A stretch of 58,565 bases of DNA from the NCBI GenBank assembly GCA_002269645.1, contig NIVC01002220.1:1-58565 (forward strand), written 5' to 3'. A model generated the notes under the pieces. The model ran no database searches and was not told the origin of the DNA. It saw only the letters and a list, made by a program, of their open reading frames with translations. The first letter of the stretch is position 1; every line of letters begins with the position of its first letter. Below are positions 15,001-27,729 of the stretch, one piece after another. This stretch comes from Macrostomum lignano. Its lineage: Eukaryota. The position numbers and the translations under genes were made by a program.

Positions 15001-18000
15001 GGTGTGTCACTGACACAGTCACCAATGCATCCTGGGTGTGTTGTTGGTGTGTCACTGACACAGTCACCAATGCATCCTGGGTGTGTTGTTGGTGTGTCAC
15101 TGACACAGTCACCAATGCATCCTGGGTGTTGTTGGTGTGTCACTGACACAGTCACCAATGCATCCTGGGTGTTGTGGTGTGTCACTGACACAGTCACCAA
15201 TGCATCCTGGGTGTGTTGTTGGTGTGTCACTGACACAGTCACCAATGCATCCTGGGTGTGTTGTTGGTGTGTCACTGACACAGTCACCAATGCATCCTGG
15301 GTGTGTTGTTGGTGTGTCACTGACACAGTCACCAATGCATCCTGGGTGTGTTGTTGGTGTGTCACTGACACAGTCACCAATGCATCCTGGGTGTGTTGTT
15401 GGTGTGTCACTGACACAGTCACCAATGCATCCTGGGTGTGTTGTTGGTGTGTCACTGACACAGTCACCAATGCATCCTGGGTGTGTTGTTGGTGTGTCAC
15501 TGACACAGTCACCAATGCATCCTGGGTGTGTTGTTGGTGTGTCACTGACACAGTCACCAATGCATCCTGGGTGTGTTGTTGGTGTGTCACTGACACAGTC
15601 ACCAATGCATCCTGGGTGTGTTGTTGGTGTGTCACTGACACAGTCACCAATGCATCCTGGGTGTGTTGTTGGTGTGTCACTGACACAGTCACCAATGCAT
15701 CCTGGGTGTGTTGTTGGTGTGTCACTGACACAGTCACCAATGCATCCTGGGTGTGTTGTTGGTGTGTCACTGACACAGTCACCAATGCATCCTGGGTGTG
15801 TTGTTGGTGTGTCACTGACACAGTCACCAATGCATCCTGGGTGTGTTGTTGGTGTGTCACTGACACAGTCACCAATGCATCCTGGGTGTGTTGTTGGTGT
15901 GTCACTGACACAGTCACCAATGCATCCTGGGTGTGTTGTTGGTGTGTCACTGACACAGTCACCAATGCATCCTGGGTGTGTTGTTGGTGTGTCACTGACA
16001 CAGTCACCAATGCATCCTGGGTGTGTTGTTGGTGTGTCACTGACACAGTCACCAATGCATCCTGGGTGTGTTGTTGGTGTGTCACTGACACAGTCACCAA
16101 TGCATCCTGGGTGTGTTGTTGGTGTGTCACTGACACAGTCACCAATGCATCCTGGGTGTGTTGTTGGTGTGTCACTGACACAGTCACCAATGCATCCTGG
16201 GTGTGTTGTTGGTGTGTCACTGACACAGTCACCAATGCATCCTGGGTGTGTTGTTGGTGTGTCACTGACACAGTCACCAATGCATCCTGGTGTGTTGTTG
16301 GTGTGTCACTGACACAGTCACCAATGCATCCTGGTGTGTTGTTGGTGTGTCACTGACACAGTCACCAATGCATCCTGGTGTGTTGTTGGTGTGTCACTGA
16401 CACAGTCACCAATGCATCCTGGGTGTGTTGTTGGTGTGTCACTGACACAGTCACCAATGCATCCTGGGTGTGTGTTGGTGTGTCACTGACACAGTCACCA
16501 ATGCATCCTGGGTGTGTTGTTGGTGTGTCACTGACACAGTCACCAATGCATCCTGGGTGTGTTGTTGGTGTGTCACTGACACAGTCACCAATGCATCCTG
16601 GGTGTGTGTTGGTGTGTCACTGACACAGTCACCAATGCATCCTGGGTGTGTGTTGGTGTGTCACTGACACAGTCACCAATGCATCCTGGGTGTGTTGTTG
16701 GTGTGTCACTGACACAGTCACCAATGCATCCTGGGTGTGTTGTTGGTGTGTCACTGACACAGTCACCAATGCATCCTGGGTGTGTGTTGGTGTGTCACTG
16801 ACACAGTCACCAATGCATCCTGGGTGTGTTGTTGGTGTGTCACTGACACAGTCACCAATGCATCCTGGGTGTGTTGTTGGTGTGTCACTGACACAGTCAC
16901 CAATGCATCCTGGTGTGTGTTGGTGTGTCACTGACACAGTCACCAATGCATCCTGGGTGTGTTGTTGGTGTGTCACTGACACAGTCACCAATGCATCCTG
17001 GGTGTGTTGTTGGTGTGTCACTGACACAGTCACCAATGCATCCTGGGTGTGTTGTTGGTGTGTCACTGACACAGTCACCAATGCATCCTGGGTGTGTTGT
17101 TGGTGTGTCACTGACACAGTCACCAATGCATCCTGGTGTGTTGTTGGTGTGTCACTGACACAGTCACCAATGCATCCTGGGTGTGTTGTTGGTGTGTCAC
17201 TGACACAGTCACCAATGCATCCTGGGTGTGTTGTTGGTGTGTCACTGACACAGTCACCAATGCATCCTGGGTGTGTTGTTGGTGTGTCACTGACACAGTC
17301 ACCAATGCATCCTGGGTGTGTTGTTGGTGTGTCACTGACACAGTCACCAATGCATCCTGGGTGTGTTGTTGGTGTGTCACTGACACAGTCACCAATGCAT
17401 CCTGGGTGTGTTGTTGGTGTGTCACTGACACAGTCACCAATGCATCCTGGGTGTGTTGTTGGTGTGTCACTGACACAGTCACCAATGCATCCTGGGTGTG
17501 TTGTTGGTGTGTCACTGACACAGTCACCAATGCATCCTGGGTGTGTTGTTGGTGTGTCACTGACACAGTCACCAATGCATCCTGGGTGTGTTGTTGGTGT
17601 GTCACTGACACAGTCACCAATGCATCCTGGTGTGTTGTTGGTGTGTCACTGACACAGTCACCAATGCATCCTGGGTGTGTTGTTGGTGTGTCACTGACAC
17701 AGTCACCAATGCATCCTGGTGTGTTGTTGGTGTGTCACTGACACAGTCACCAATGCATCCTGGTGTGTTGTTGGTGTGTCACTGACACAGTCACCAATGC
17801 ATCCTGGGTGTGTTGTTGGTGTGTCACTGACACAGTCACCAATGCATCCTGGGTGTGTTGTTGGTGTGTCACTGACACAGTCACCAATGCATCCTGGATG
17901 TGTTGTTGGTGTGTCACTGACACAGTCACCAATGCATCCTGGATGTGTTGTTGGTGTGTCACTGACACAGTCACCAATGCATACTGGATGTGTTGTTGGT

Positions 18001-18055
18001 GTGTCACTGACACAGTCACCAATGCATCCTGGGTGTGCTGTTGGTGTGTCACTGA
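1..18055. repeat. 45-bp tandem satellite array (about 400 copies; window starts inside it)
   Basis: Unit GTGTCACTGACACAGTCACCAATGCATCCTGGGTGTGTTGTTGGT repeats head-to-tail. The main variants are 44-bp units lacking one G (CCTGG) or one T. The array ends abruptly at ...GTGTCACTGA|GAATTC (18055). Confidence 0.99.
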
Positions 18056-18756
18056 GAATTCCTGCGGTTTTCTGATGTCAAGGACACAAACTTTTTTCTT
18101 TTAAAAGTCTCTTCGATACTGGTAAGTACACTGTAAATTGGACTGTTCCTACAATAGCAATTTGCAATGCAATTAGTGCCAGCTTTAGTTGCCAGGCCAA
18201 ATAGCTGCATCAAGATACTGGGCTCAATGCCTCCCGTCTGTGATATCTTTTACCAATTGATTGATTGAACGGCTAAGCAGGCTGATCTCTGGGATGGGAT
18301 CAGACTCCAGACGCAGTGAGGCGTCCCTTCAACCCTCCCCATTCTCCATCGAGGCCAAATCCCAGAGGGGGGAAATAATTTCTTGGCCTGTAATTAAAAA
18401 TAAATATGAAAAATTTTAGTCTAAATTCTTTTGGCATGCATTATTTATCGCCGACTCAACCGGAGGGCTGCGGGAGACACTTGGGAGAGGGGAATTATTG
18501 AGATAACAAAAAATGGGAATTCAGAATATCAAGGGTGGAAACTGGCAAAGTCAACAAGTACCGACCGAGTACCGTTGGTTTTATAGTGCATTGCCGTAGC
18601 TGAGCCGAATACTCAGCTCAGAATTGCACTGCATTCGGTAATAAATTATGCAGATCTTTGTGCGTAGCTTGCTTGTAGCGCCCTTGTCTGGGAGATTATT
18701 GGGGAAGTGTTAGACCTAATTGAGAGGGGGTTTGGGGAGAGTGAAGCGAAATAAGA

Positions 18757-19310
18757 TGAAGGAGAGAGAGAGAAGGCAAATGAGATGCAGGGAGAGAGGG
18801 AGAGAGAAGGCAAAGGAGATGCAGGGAGAGAGGGAGAGAGAAAACAAAGGAGATGAAGGGAGAGAGGGAGAGAGAAGGCAAAGGAGACGCAGGGAGAGAG
18901 GGAGAGAGAAGGCAAATGAGATGCAGGGAGAGAGGGAGAGAGAAGGCAAAGGAGATGCAGGCAGAGAGGGAGAGAGAAGGCAAATGAGATGAAGGGAGAG
19001 AGGGAGAGAGAAGGCAAAGGAGATGCAGGGAGAGAGGGAGAGAGAAGGCAAAGGAGATGAAGGGAGAGAGGGAGAGAGAAAACAAAGGAGATGAAGGGAG
19101 AGAGGGAGAGAGAAGGCAAAGGAGACGCAGGGAGAGAGGGAGAGAGAAGGCAAATGAGATGCAGGGAGAGAGGGAGAGAGAAGGCAAATGAGATGAAGGG
19201 AGAGATGGAGAGAGAAGGCAAAGGAGATGAAGGGAGAGAGGGAGAGAGAAGGCAAATGAGATGCAGGGAGAGAGGGAGAGAGAAGGCAAATGAGATGAAG
19301 GGAGAGAGAG
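18757..19310. repeat. 34-bp purine-rich minisatellite
   Basis: Unit about GGGAGAGAGGGAGAGAGAAGGCAAAGGAGATGCA. The ORF translations recur every 34 aa (3 units). Confidence 0.9.
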
Positions 19311-20103
19311 ATTGAAAATTTAATTCCCTCGTCGGCTGCAGCAGATGTTGCGAAGAGGGAATGGGAGGTGAAGTTAAAAGAAATTGAGTTAATAAGAGAC
19401 AAAAGAGCAGGCTATAGGAGAGAAAGAGATACAGGATTAAGAGACAGGCGCAAGCACCCATTCCAGTTAATTGCGGAGTTTCTCATTAAATCGCGAATAC
19501 ACCTGGAAACAGAGCAGTTTCCTCTTGCAAGTCAAATCCTCGAACTTGTATAATCAGCTGCCTTCCTTCATCAAACAGAAGTCAGAGTCTCCGTATATCC
19601 GTTTAATTTTTAATGCGAGACGTGCTTGTTCTAGTCCGGACTTTTTCGATAATTAAACCTTCGACAGAGGAGAAATCAAATCCTGTTATTGAGTTAGATG
19701 TTTTTAAAAAATACAATTTTTTTTAGAAAAACTTGCTTTTCGAAACAGAGAGCAGACAATATCCTAATGAAAATCCGTTTCTCTAAGGGCTTTTGTTGTC
19801 AAGGAAATTGACTGACTCAAACAGCAAATAGCTTTGTTGGGGGATTTAGGGGGAAAAATTTTTATTAATATTTTTCAAGTTAATTAAAATCTTTGAGGGA
19901 GCGCAGCTGCGTTGCCAGGGCCAGTTTCCTTCTTGAGCCTGGAGCGCAGGTGAGAAAGAAGAATTTGAAAAACTGCTTCTAGGTGGCTGAAGTAGAATGG
20001 AAGCAGCTGGTAGTTGCGATTCTTGTTTAATCTTCAAGAGCTGCTGGCGGCGAAATATTGACCTTGTTGAGCACTTTTTTGCAGATTTTTTTGCAGAATT
20101 TAA

Positions 20104-20590
20104 TTATAGACTTTGATTGCAGACTTTGATTGCAAACTTTGATCGTAGACTTTGATTGCAGACTTTGATTGCAGACTTTGATTGCAGACTTTGATCGTAG
20201 ACTTTGATTGCAGACTTTGATTGCAGACTTTGATTGCAAACTTTGATCGTAGACTTTGATTGCAGACTTTGATTGCAGACTTTGATTGCAGACTTTGATT
20301 GCAGACTTTGATTGCAGACTTTGATTGCAGACTTTGATTGCAGACTTTGATTGCAGACTTTGATTGCAGACTTTGATTGCAGACTTTGGTTGCAGACTTT
20401 GATTGCAGACTTTGATTGCAGACTTTGATTGCAGACTTTGATTGCAGACTTTGATTGCAGACTTTGATTGCAGACTTTGATTGCAGACTTTGATTGCAGA
20501 ATTTTATTGCAGATTTAGGCTGCAGACTCTGATTGCAGACTTTGATTGCAGACTCTGATTGCAGACTTTGATTGCAGACTCTGATTGCAG
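20104..20590. repeat. 13-bp minisatellite (CAGACTTTGATTG)n
   Basis: Direct reading. The translation KVCNQSLQSKSAI recurs every 13 aa. Confidence 0.95.
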
Positions 20591-21224
20591 ACTTCGATGA
20601 CTTCGAGAATCCCCTTAGCGACAAAATCTGAGTTGAATCAAACTAACTATGGAATCTACAGTTGGACTTTCAAATTTGTTATAATATTGCTTTTTAATAA
20701 TTCAAGTCTGATAAACAGACAGACACGCACAGGTGGCTCAGGTACTCACCTGCAGTTGAAATATAGAGAAATCAGGTATAAAGTTTTCGGCTAGCATACA
20801 CCCGAGGACTGCTAAACTTTCAACTTTCCTGCTTCAAGGGAGAAACTTGAGCAAACATGAGAAATCTTGTTTGTGAAAGAAGAAGAGAAAAAAATGGGGA
20901 AAAGGAACAGTAAAGTGTAGGAAATGTTCTGGATTTGAAGAAGCAACTAAGAAGCTGAAGTCTCATTCTTACCTATATGGTTCCTCTTAGCTGTTCCTGC
21001 ACTGGGATCACGAGCATCAGTAAGTCTATCCCCTTGGCTGCAGAGATCTCCCAGTATCCGTGACTTTTCTCGTCGTCCCGACTGCGGGCTTTGGCAAACA
21101 GGACAAAGTCAGGGGGATCTTGCAGGTTAGCAAACAGACCCCATGGAGCCGAACCCTTGGATGTAATTTTGCTGACTCAAGCCGGGGTTCCAGGCTCGTT
21201 TGAATAATTTCATTAGATATTTGA

Positions 21225-22256
21225 TAGACGAATTAATAGACGCTCTATAGAGACTGATTGGATATTCTATAGACCATGAATAGATATTCTATAGACACTG
21301 AATAGACATTCTATAGACACTGCATCGACATTCTATAGATATTGAATAGACATTCTATAGACACTGAATAGACATCCTATAGTCCCTAAAGATAGATATT
21401 TTATAGACCCTGAATAGACATTCTATAGAATCTGAACGGACGCTCTGGAGACACTCACTAGACATTCTATAGACACTGAATAGATATTCTATGGACACTG
21501 AATTGATATTCCATAGACATTGAATTAGACATTCTATAGACACTGAATAGACATTCTATAGATACCTAATAGACATTCTATAGACACTGAATAGACATTC
21601 TATAGACACTGAATAGATATTCTATAGACACTGAATAGATATTCTATAGACACTGAATAGACATTCTATAGATACTGAATAGACATTCTAAAAACACTGC
21701 ATCGACATTCTATAGACACTGACTAGACATTCTATAGACACTGAATAGATATTCTATAGACACTGAATAGACATTCTATAGACACTGAATAGACATTCTA
21801 TAGACACTGAATAGATATTCTATAGACACTGAATAGAAATTCTATAGACACTGAATAGACATTCTATAGACACTGAATAGACATTCTATAGACACTGAAT
21901 ATACATTCTAAAAACACTGCATCGACATTCTATAGACACTGACTAGACATTCTATAGACACTGAATAGACATTCTATAGACACTCACTAGACATTCTATA
22001 GACACTGAATAGACATTCTATAGACACTGAATAGACATTCTATAGACACTGAATAGATATTCTATAGACACTGAATATACATTCTAAAAACACTGCATCG
22101 ACATTCTATAGACACTAAATATACATTCTAAAAACACTGCATCGACATTCTATAGATACTGAATAGACATTCTATAGACACTGAATAGATATTCTATAGA
22201 CACTCACTAGACATTCTATAGACACTGAATAGACATTCTATAGACACTGAATAGAT
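21225..22256. repeat. 22-bp minisatellite (GACATTCTATAGACACTGAATA)n
   Basis: Direct reading. The left edge is degenerate. Each unit contains the palindrome TCTATAGA. Confidence 0.95.
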
Positions 22257-22577
22257 CAAAAAGAACTTTAGAGCTTCGACGAAAACTTTTCAGCACTGAA
22301 TCCTTCAACCCTTCGCTTATCATGATATCCTTGATTCAATTTCAACTACCGTTTGGACTCTCCAGCCGAGGAGAAATCCGGTTAATCTCATCCGAGTCGC
22401 AGCCACCGCTTGAGTCTGCCGTTGGCCAGTTCTTTGCGGCAAACGTTCAGAAAGCAATTTAGTCTTGGAGTTTAGCGGGCCGAGATAACACAGTTATGCC
22501 CACTGATGGAGCTGATGGGTGATGAGGGATGCCAGCAGTGCAATAACCCGGGTGAGCAGAGTGCGCCATGAGAGGCA

Positions 22578-23243
<666 letters not shown>

Positions 23244-23739
23244 GACAGGAGTTGCTGTACTTAGTGTTGAGGCTAATAAATAGATAAGGTTTCCTTTACA
23301 AGCGCAATTGAGTCTGGGCTCGGCTTCACAAGTTGAGCTAGCTAGAATACTAGACGCAAGATGCTGCATCAAAGTGCTACGAATTGACTGCCCTTAAGAC
23401 CATAAATTTCTTTCTTATCTTCTTATCTGCCCAGCTCAGCATTGCTGTGAGACGGGAGCCTCGCTAGAAGCATTATCTTCTGCTTCTGTTTCCCCTCTTC
23501 AGCCCTCGTGGTTTTTTTCTGCTTCTCATATTTTTCGGATTTGTAAAATGTTTTTTCGTCTGGATGGTGCAGACTTCAATGCTGAGATTATGGACAAAGC
23601 ACTTTTTTCGAACTGAAATTTTCAAGTGACCGGTACAGCTTTTGCAAAAGGGCGTTTGGTTTGCTTCTCCAGGAAATTGCTGTCACATTTTGCGAAATTG
23701 TCTGCTACAGGTGTTCATAAAATAGGAGAAGATGAAGAG

Positions 23740-25232
23740 AGGGAGAAGGGAGAGAGCAGAGAGGGGGAGCGAAAGCGTAGAGGGAGGCTGAGGGAGAGAG
23801 TGGGGGAGGGAGATGGAGTGAAGGAGAGAGGGAGAGGTAGAGAGGCAGAGGGAGAGAAGGAGAGGTAGAGAGGCAGAGGGAGAGAGGGAGAGGGAGAGGG
23901 AGAGAGGGAGAGGGAGAGAGGGAGAGGGAGAGAGGCAGAGGGAGAGAGGCAGAGGGAGAGAGGGAGAGGGAGAGGGAGAGAGGGAGAGGGAGAGAGGGAG
24001 AGGGAGAGAGGGAGAGGGAGAGAGGCAGAGGGAGAGAGGGAGAGGGAGAGGGAGAGAGGGAGAGGGAGAGAGGGAGAGGGAGAGAAAGAGAGGGAGAGAG
24101 AGAGGGAGAGGTAGAGAGGGAGAGGTAGAGAGGGAGGGAGAGAGGGAGAGGGAGAGGAGAGAGGGAGAGGGAGAGAGGGAGAGGGAGAGAGGGAGAGGGA
24201 GAGAGGGAGAGGGAGAGAGAGAGAGGGAGAGAGGAGAGAGGGAGGGAGAGAGGGAGAGGGAGAGAGGGAGAGGGAGAGAGGGAGAGGGAGAGAGGGAGGA
24301 GAGAGAGGGAGAGGGAGAGAGGGAGAGGGGGAGAGAGAGGGAGAGAGAGGGAGACGGAGAGAGGGAGAGGGAGAGAGGGAGAGGGAGAGAGAGAGGGAGA
24401 GGGAAAGAGAGAGGGAGAGGGAGAGAGGGAGGGAGAGAGGGAGAGGGAGAGAGGGAGAGGGAGAGAGGGAGAGGGAGAGAGGGAGGGAGAGAGAGGGAGA
24501 GGGAGAGAGGGAGAGGGGGAGAGAGAGGGAGAGAGAGGGAGACGGAGAGAGGGAGAGGGAGAGAGGGAGAGGGAGAGAGAGAGGGAGAGGGAAAGAGAGA
24601 GGGAGAGGGAGAGAGGGAGGGAGAGAGGGAGAGGGAAAGAGGGAGAGGGAGAGAGGGAGAGGGAGAGAGAGAGGGAGAGAGAGAGGGAGAGGGAGAGAGA
24701 GAGGGAGAGAGAGAGAGGGAGAGAGGGAGAGGGAGAGGGAGAGAGGGAGAGGGAGAGAGGGAGAGGGAGAGAGAGAGGGAGAGGGAGAGAGGGAGAGGTA
24801 GAGAGGGAGAGGGAGAGAGGGAGAGGGAGAGGGGAGAGGGAGAGGGAGAGAGGGAGAGGGAGAGAGGGAGAGGGAGAGAGGGAGAGGGAGAGAGGGAGAG
24901 GGAGAGAGAGAGAGGGAGAGGGAGAGAGGGAGGGAGAGAGGGAGAGGGAGAGAGGGAGAGGGAGAGAGGGAGAGGGAGAGAGAGAGAGGGAGAGAGAGAG
25001 GGAGAGGGAAAGAGAGAGGGAGAGGGAGAGAGGGAGAGGGAAAGAGGGAGAGGGAGAGAGGGAGAGGAGAGAGAGAGGGAGGAGAGAGGAGAGAGAGAGA
25101 GAGGGAGAGAGAGAGAGGGAGAGAGAGAGAGGGAGAGAGAGAGGGAGAGGGGGAGAGGGCAGATAGAGGAAGAGATGGGGAGAGGGAGAGAAAAAGAAAA
25201 CGAGAGAAAGAGAGGGGGAGAAAGAGAGAGAA

Positions 25233-25264
<32 letters not shown>

Positions 25265-25290
25265 GGAGAAGAGAGAGAGAGAGAGGGGGA
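23740..25290. repeat. 1.5-kb GA-rich low-complexity polypurine tract
   Basis: Irregular GGGAGA/GAGA units. The 563-aa S/L/P ORF over it is an artefact. Confidence 0.95.
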
Positions 25291-27729
25291 CAGAGGGAGA
25301 GGGCTTTATCTTGTTACAAAGGCTATATGTTTTCAAGGCGGAGTCCAACCATAGATCAATTCTTCGAAAACAATTAGTTATTAGAAGCGTCGTCAAGCTT
25401 ATTTTAAAGAACTAAATATACTAACTGAACCCTGCACTGAAGTTAAACGAAATTAAATTTGCCGCTAAAATCGTGCCTGTGGATTTTTTCTATCCAAATG
25501 AATTTCGACACCAGCGCTCGACACGAGCTTGCTTTCTGAGCTCGTGGGCTCAATTAGATTGTAAGATTTTGAATGCCTCGCCGTATTTCGTGACAAAATT
25601 AAATGACTTTTTAATTAAAATTTTTGACCAGACAAGCCGGGTCTTGTCGTGACTTATCTGAACTGTCTAAAGAAAGAATCATCCCATGGCTTCCTAACCT
25701 GTGTGCTCCATTTTTCTAACTCAATTCGGCTTTTAAGCCTATGGGAAGTTAAAATGGGGAAGAAAAAACCAGGTAAGATTTTTAACAGATAAGAAATGAA
25801 TTTGAGAATATTTGGTGGGGAGGACTTGCTTGCAGTATCCACTAATAAACTTCCTTTTTTAAACTAAAAAAATCCCAAATATTGCAGGATTGCAAGGATT
25901 TTTCCGGCAGGCGACTTCCGCCTGGTCACGGCATGTGCAGATTAAGAATGAAGACAGCATCTCGATCGCGCGGGCTTTCAGTGGTGAGGGGAAAGGGAGG
26001 AGAGATGAGAACAATCTGATAGCGAACATGCAGCATCGCTGCAGCACGCCCGCTTTTAAATCCTCATATAGTTGGAGCACATGCTCGTTTGGACCAGAGA
26101 GAGAGGATCCGCACTGCTGTTTGTGGGGAATATTTGCACTTCCTTAACCCACACTCCTACGCACACAGCACGGGCAAGTGGTCAAGCAAATCCCCTTCAG
26201 TGCAACTCATATAGTCGCCTCTCTTGTTCCTACAGTATGCTGATTTCTGCAGTCTCTTGCTGTGCTTCATCTCCTAGTAGCTATAGACGAGCTAATGGGC
26301 CAATGTTTGCCTCTGTTGGGGTGGTTAACTTCCCTTCAAATCCATTTGGCCTCTTTCCCTGGCCTGATCGCATCATCCCCTTTTTAGACCAATGCGTGCA
26401 TATGCATATTGGTGAAAAACTTAAGAAACCATGCATGTATTTACATGTATATAAATCAAAGCATATCTAATTCCTTATAGTCACTCTTGCAGTGTTTGAT
26501 CATCATTGCATGGTAAGGCTCACTGTAGAAGAAAGGACGTCAGTACAGAGACATGTACACTTGTACACAAGGATCTTTACTAGGAGCGTGTTATTATAGC
26601 TAAAATAAATTTGGAATTTATATACGAGGTCGGCAAACTCCGCCTATAGAGGGCCAGGGCCACATGCGGTTTTTCTATCGGGCAACTAACGACGGAAACT
26701 TTATTAATTAAGCGACCATAAAATGTCTCGTAATTAGTATAGTAATAGGCAGCTAGGTTGACATGCAGATCATGAAACACACAGTTTAGTAGACCCAGTA
26801 AAAAGGCTAATTCCTTTACCTAAAGCACCTACTGATACATGTACTGATACATGTATATGCTTGGACAGGACTGTGAGTCATTCAGAGCTGATATGCAGGG
26901 ATTCACAATTGAGGGAATTTTTCGTGACTCTATAGCTATGATAGGATCATCGCTTATTCATTTCAATTTTCGAAATTCATTTTGCATTTTTTATATATTA
27001 AGGCTAAACTAGCTAATGGTCGAACTTGACTGCTTGAAGAAACGATCGAATTTGGAATTTATGATTCTTTTCCTCGTTCTCGTCTCCCGTCTCTCTCTCT
27101 CTCTCTTCCTTCTTTTCATTTCTCTTCCCTCTCTCCTTCTTCCTTTCTCTCTGTCTCTCCGGCCGGTCTTATACATGCATATTACACGAGTATAAGTACA
27201 TACTACTTAACATATCACATACTATGTAAATTAGGAACAAATATTTCTTATTTTCTTTGTTTTCAAAACAACAATTCATTTAAATAAGCATTAGATAACC
27301 GTTATTTTTACCATAAATTTCACTGCTACAGTGCTACTGCTAAATCATGTATTGGTACAATAATAGAATTGCGTAAATCTTGTTAAGTTGTTGGCCGTTT
27401 AAAGCTTGGTTCAGGTTCGTAATAATTAGCTGGATTCTGTTTTTAACGTACGGTTCTTGAAAAATTGTCATTTACAGATTCAGAAAGTTTCAAAGATTTT
27501 GAATTAACATTGGTATTAATTTTTGAAATATATTCTCCCTACGTTATTTACGCGTAACTCGCATTTTTCGTGAAGTAAGAAATTTAAAACAATAAATCTT
27601 TTCTCGTTTCAAAATTATGATCAATATTTCTTCTTTGTGAATGAGTAAAAACCAGAAGAAAACGACAATCTGCGAAGCTCTTCCACACAATAGTTGTCTA
27701 AATATATCGTAATACAGAACGCTACAACG

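Noticed and set aside
1-18055. Dozens of long Cys/Val/Thr-rich ORFs on both strands
   Set aside because: The 45-bp unit is a multiple of 3 and lacks stops in several frames. ORF ends simply track the 1-bp indels, and many starts are GTG/TTG.
1-18055. CRISPR-like palindromic repeat array
   Set aside because: There are no unique spacers and no cas genes, and the context is eukaryotic.
26625-26670. GAGGTCGGCAAACT...GGGCCACATGCGG resembling a hAT left end
   Set aside because: No matching right TIR or TSD was found, so it is too weak to call.
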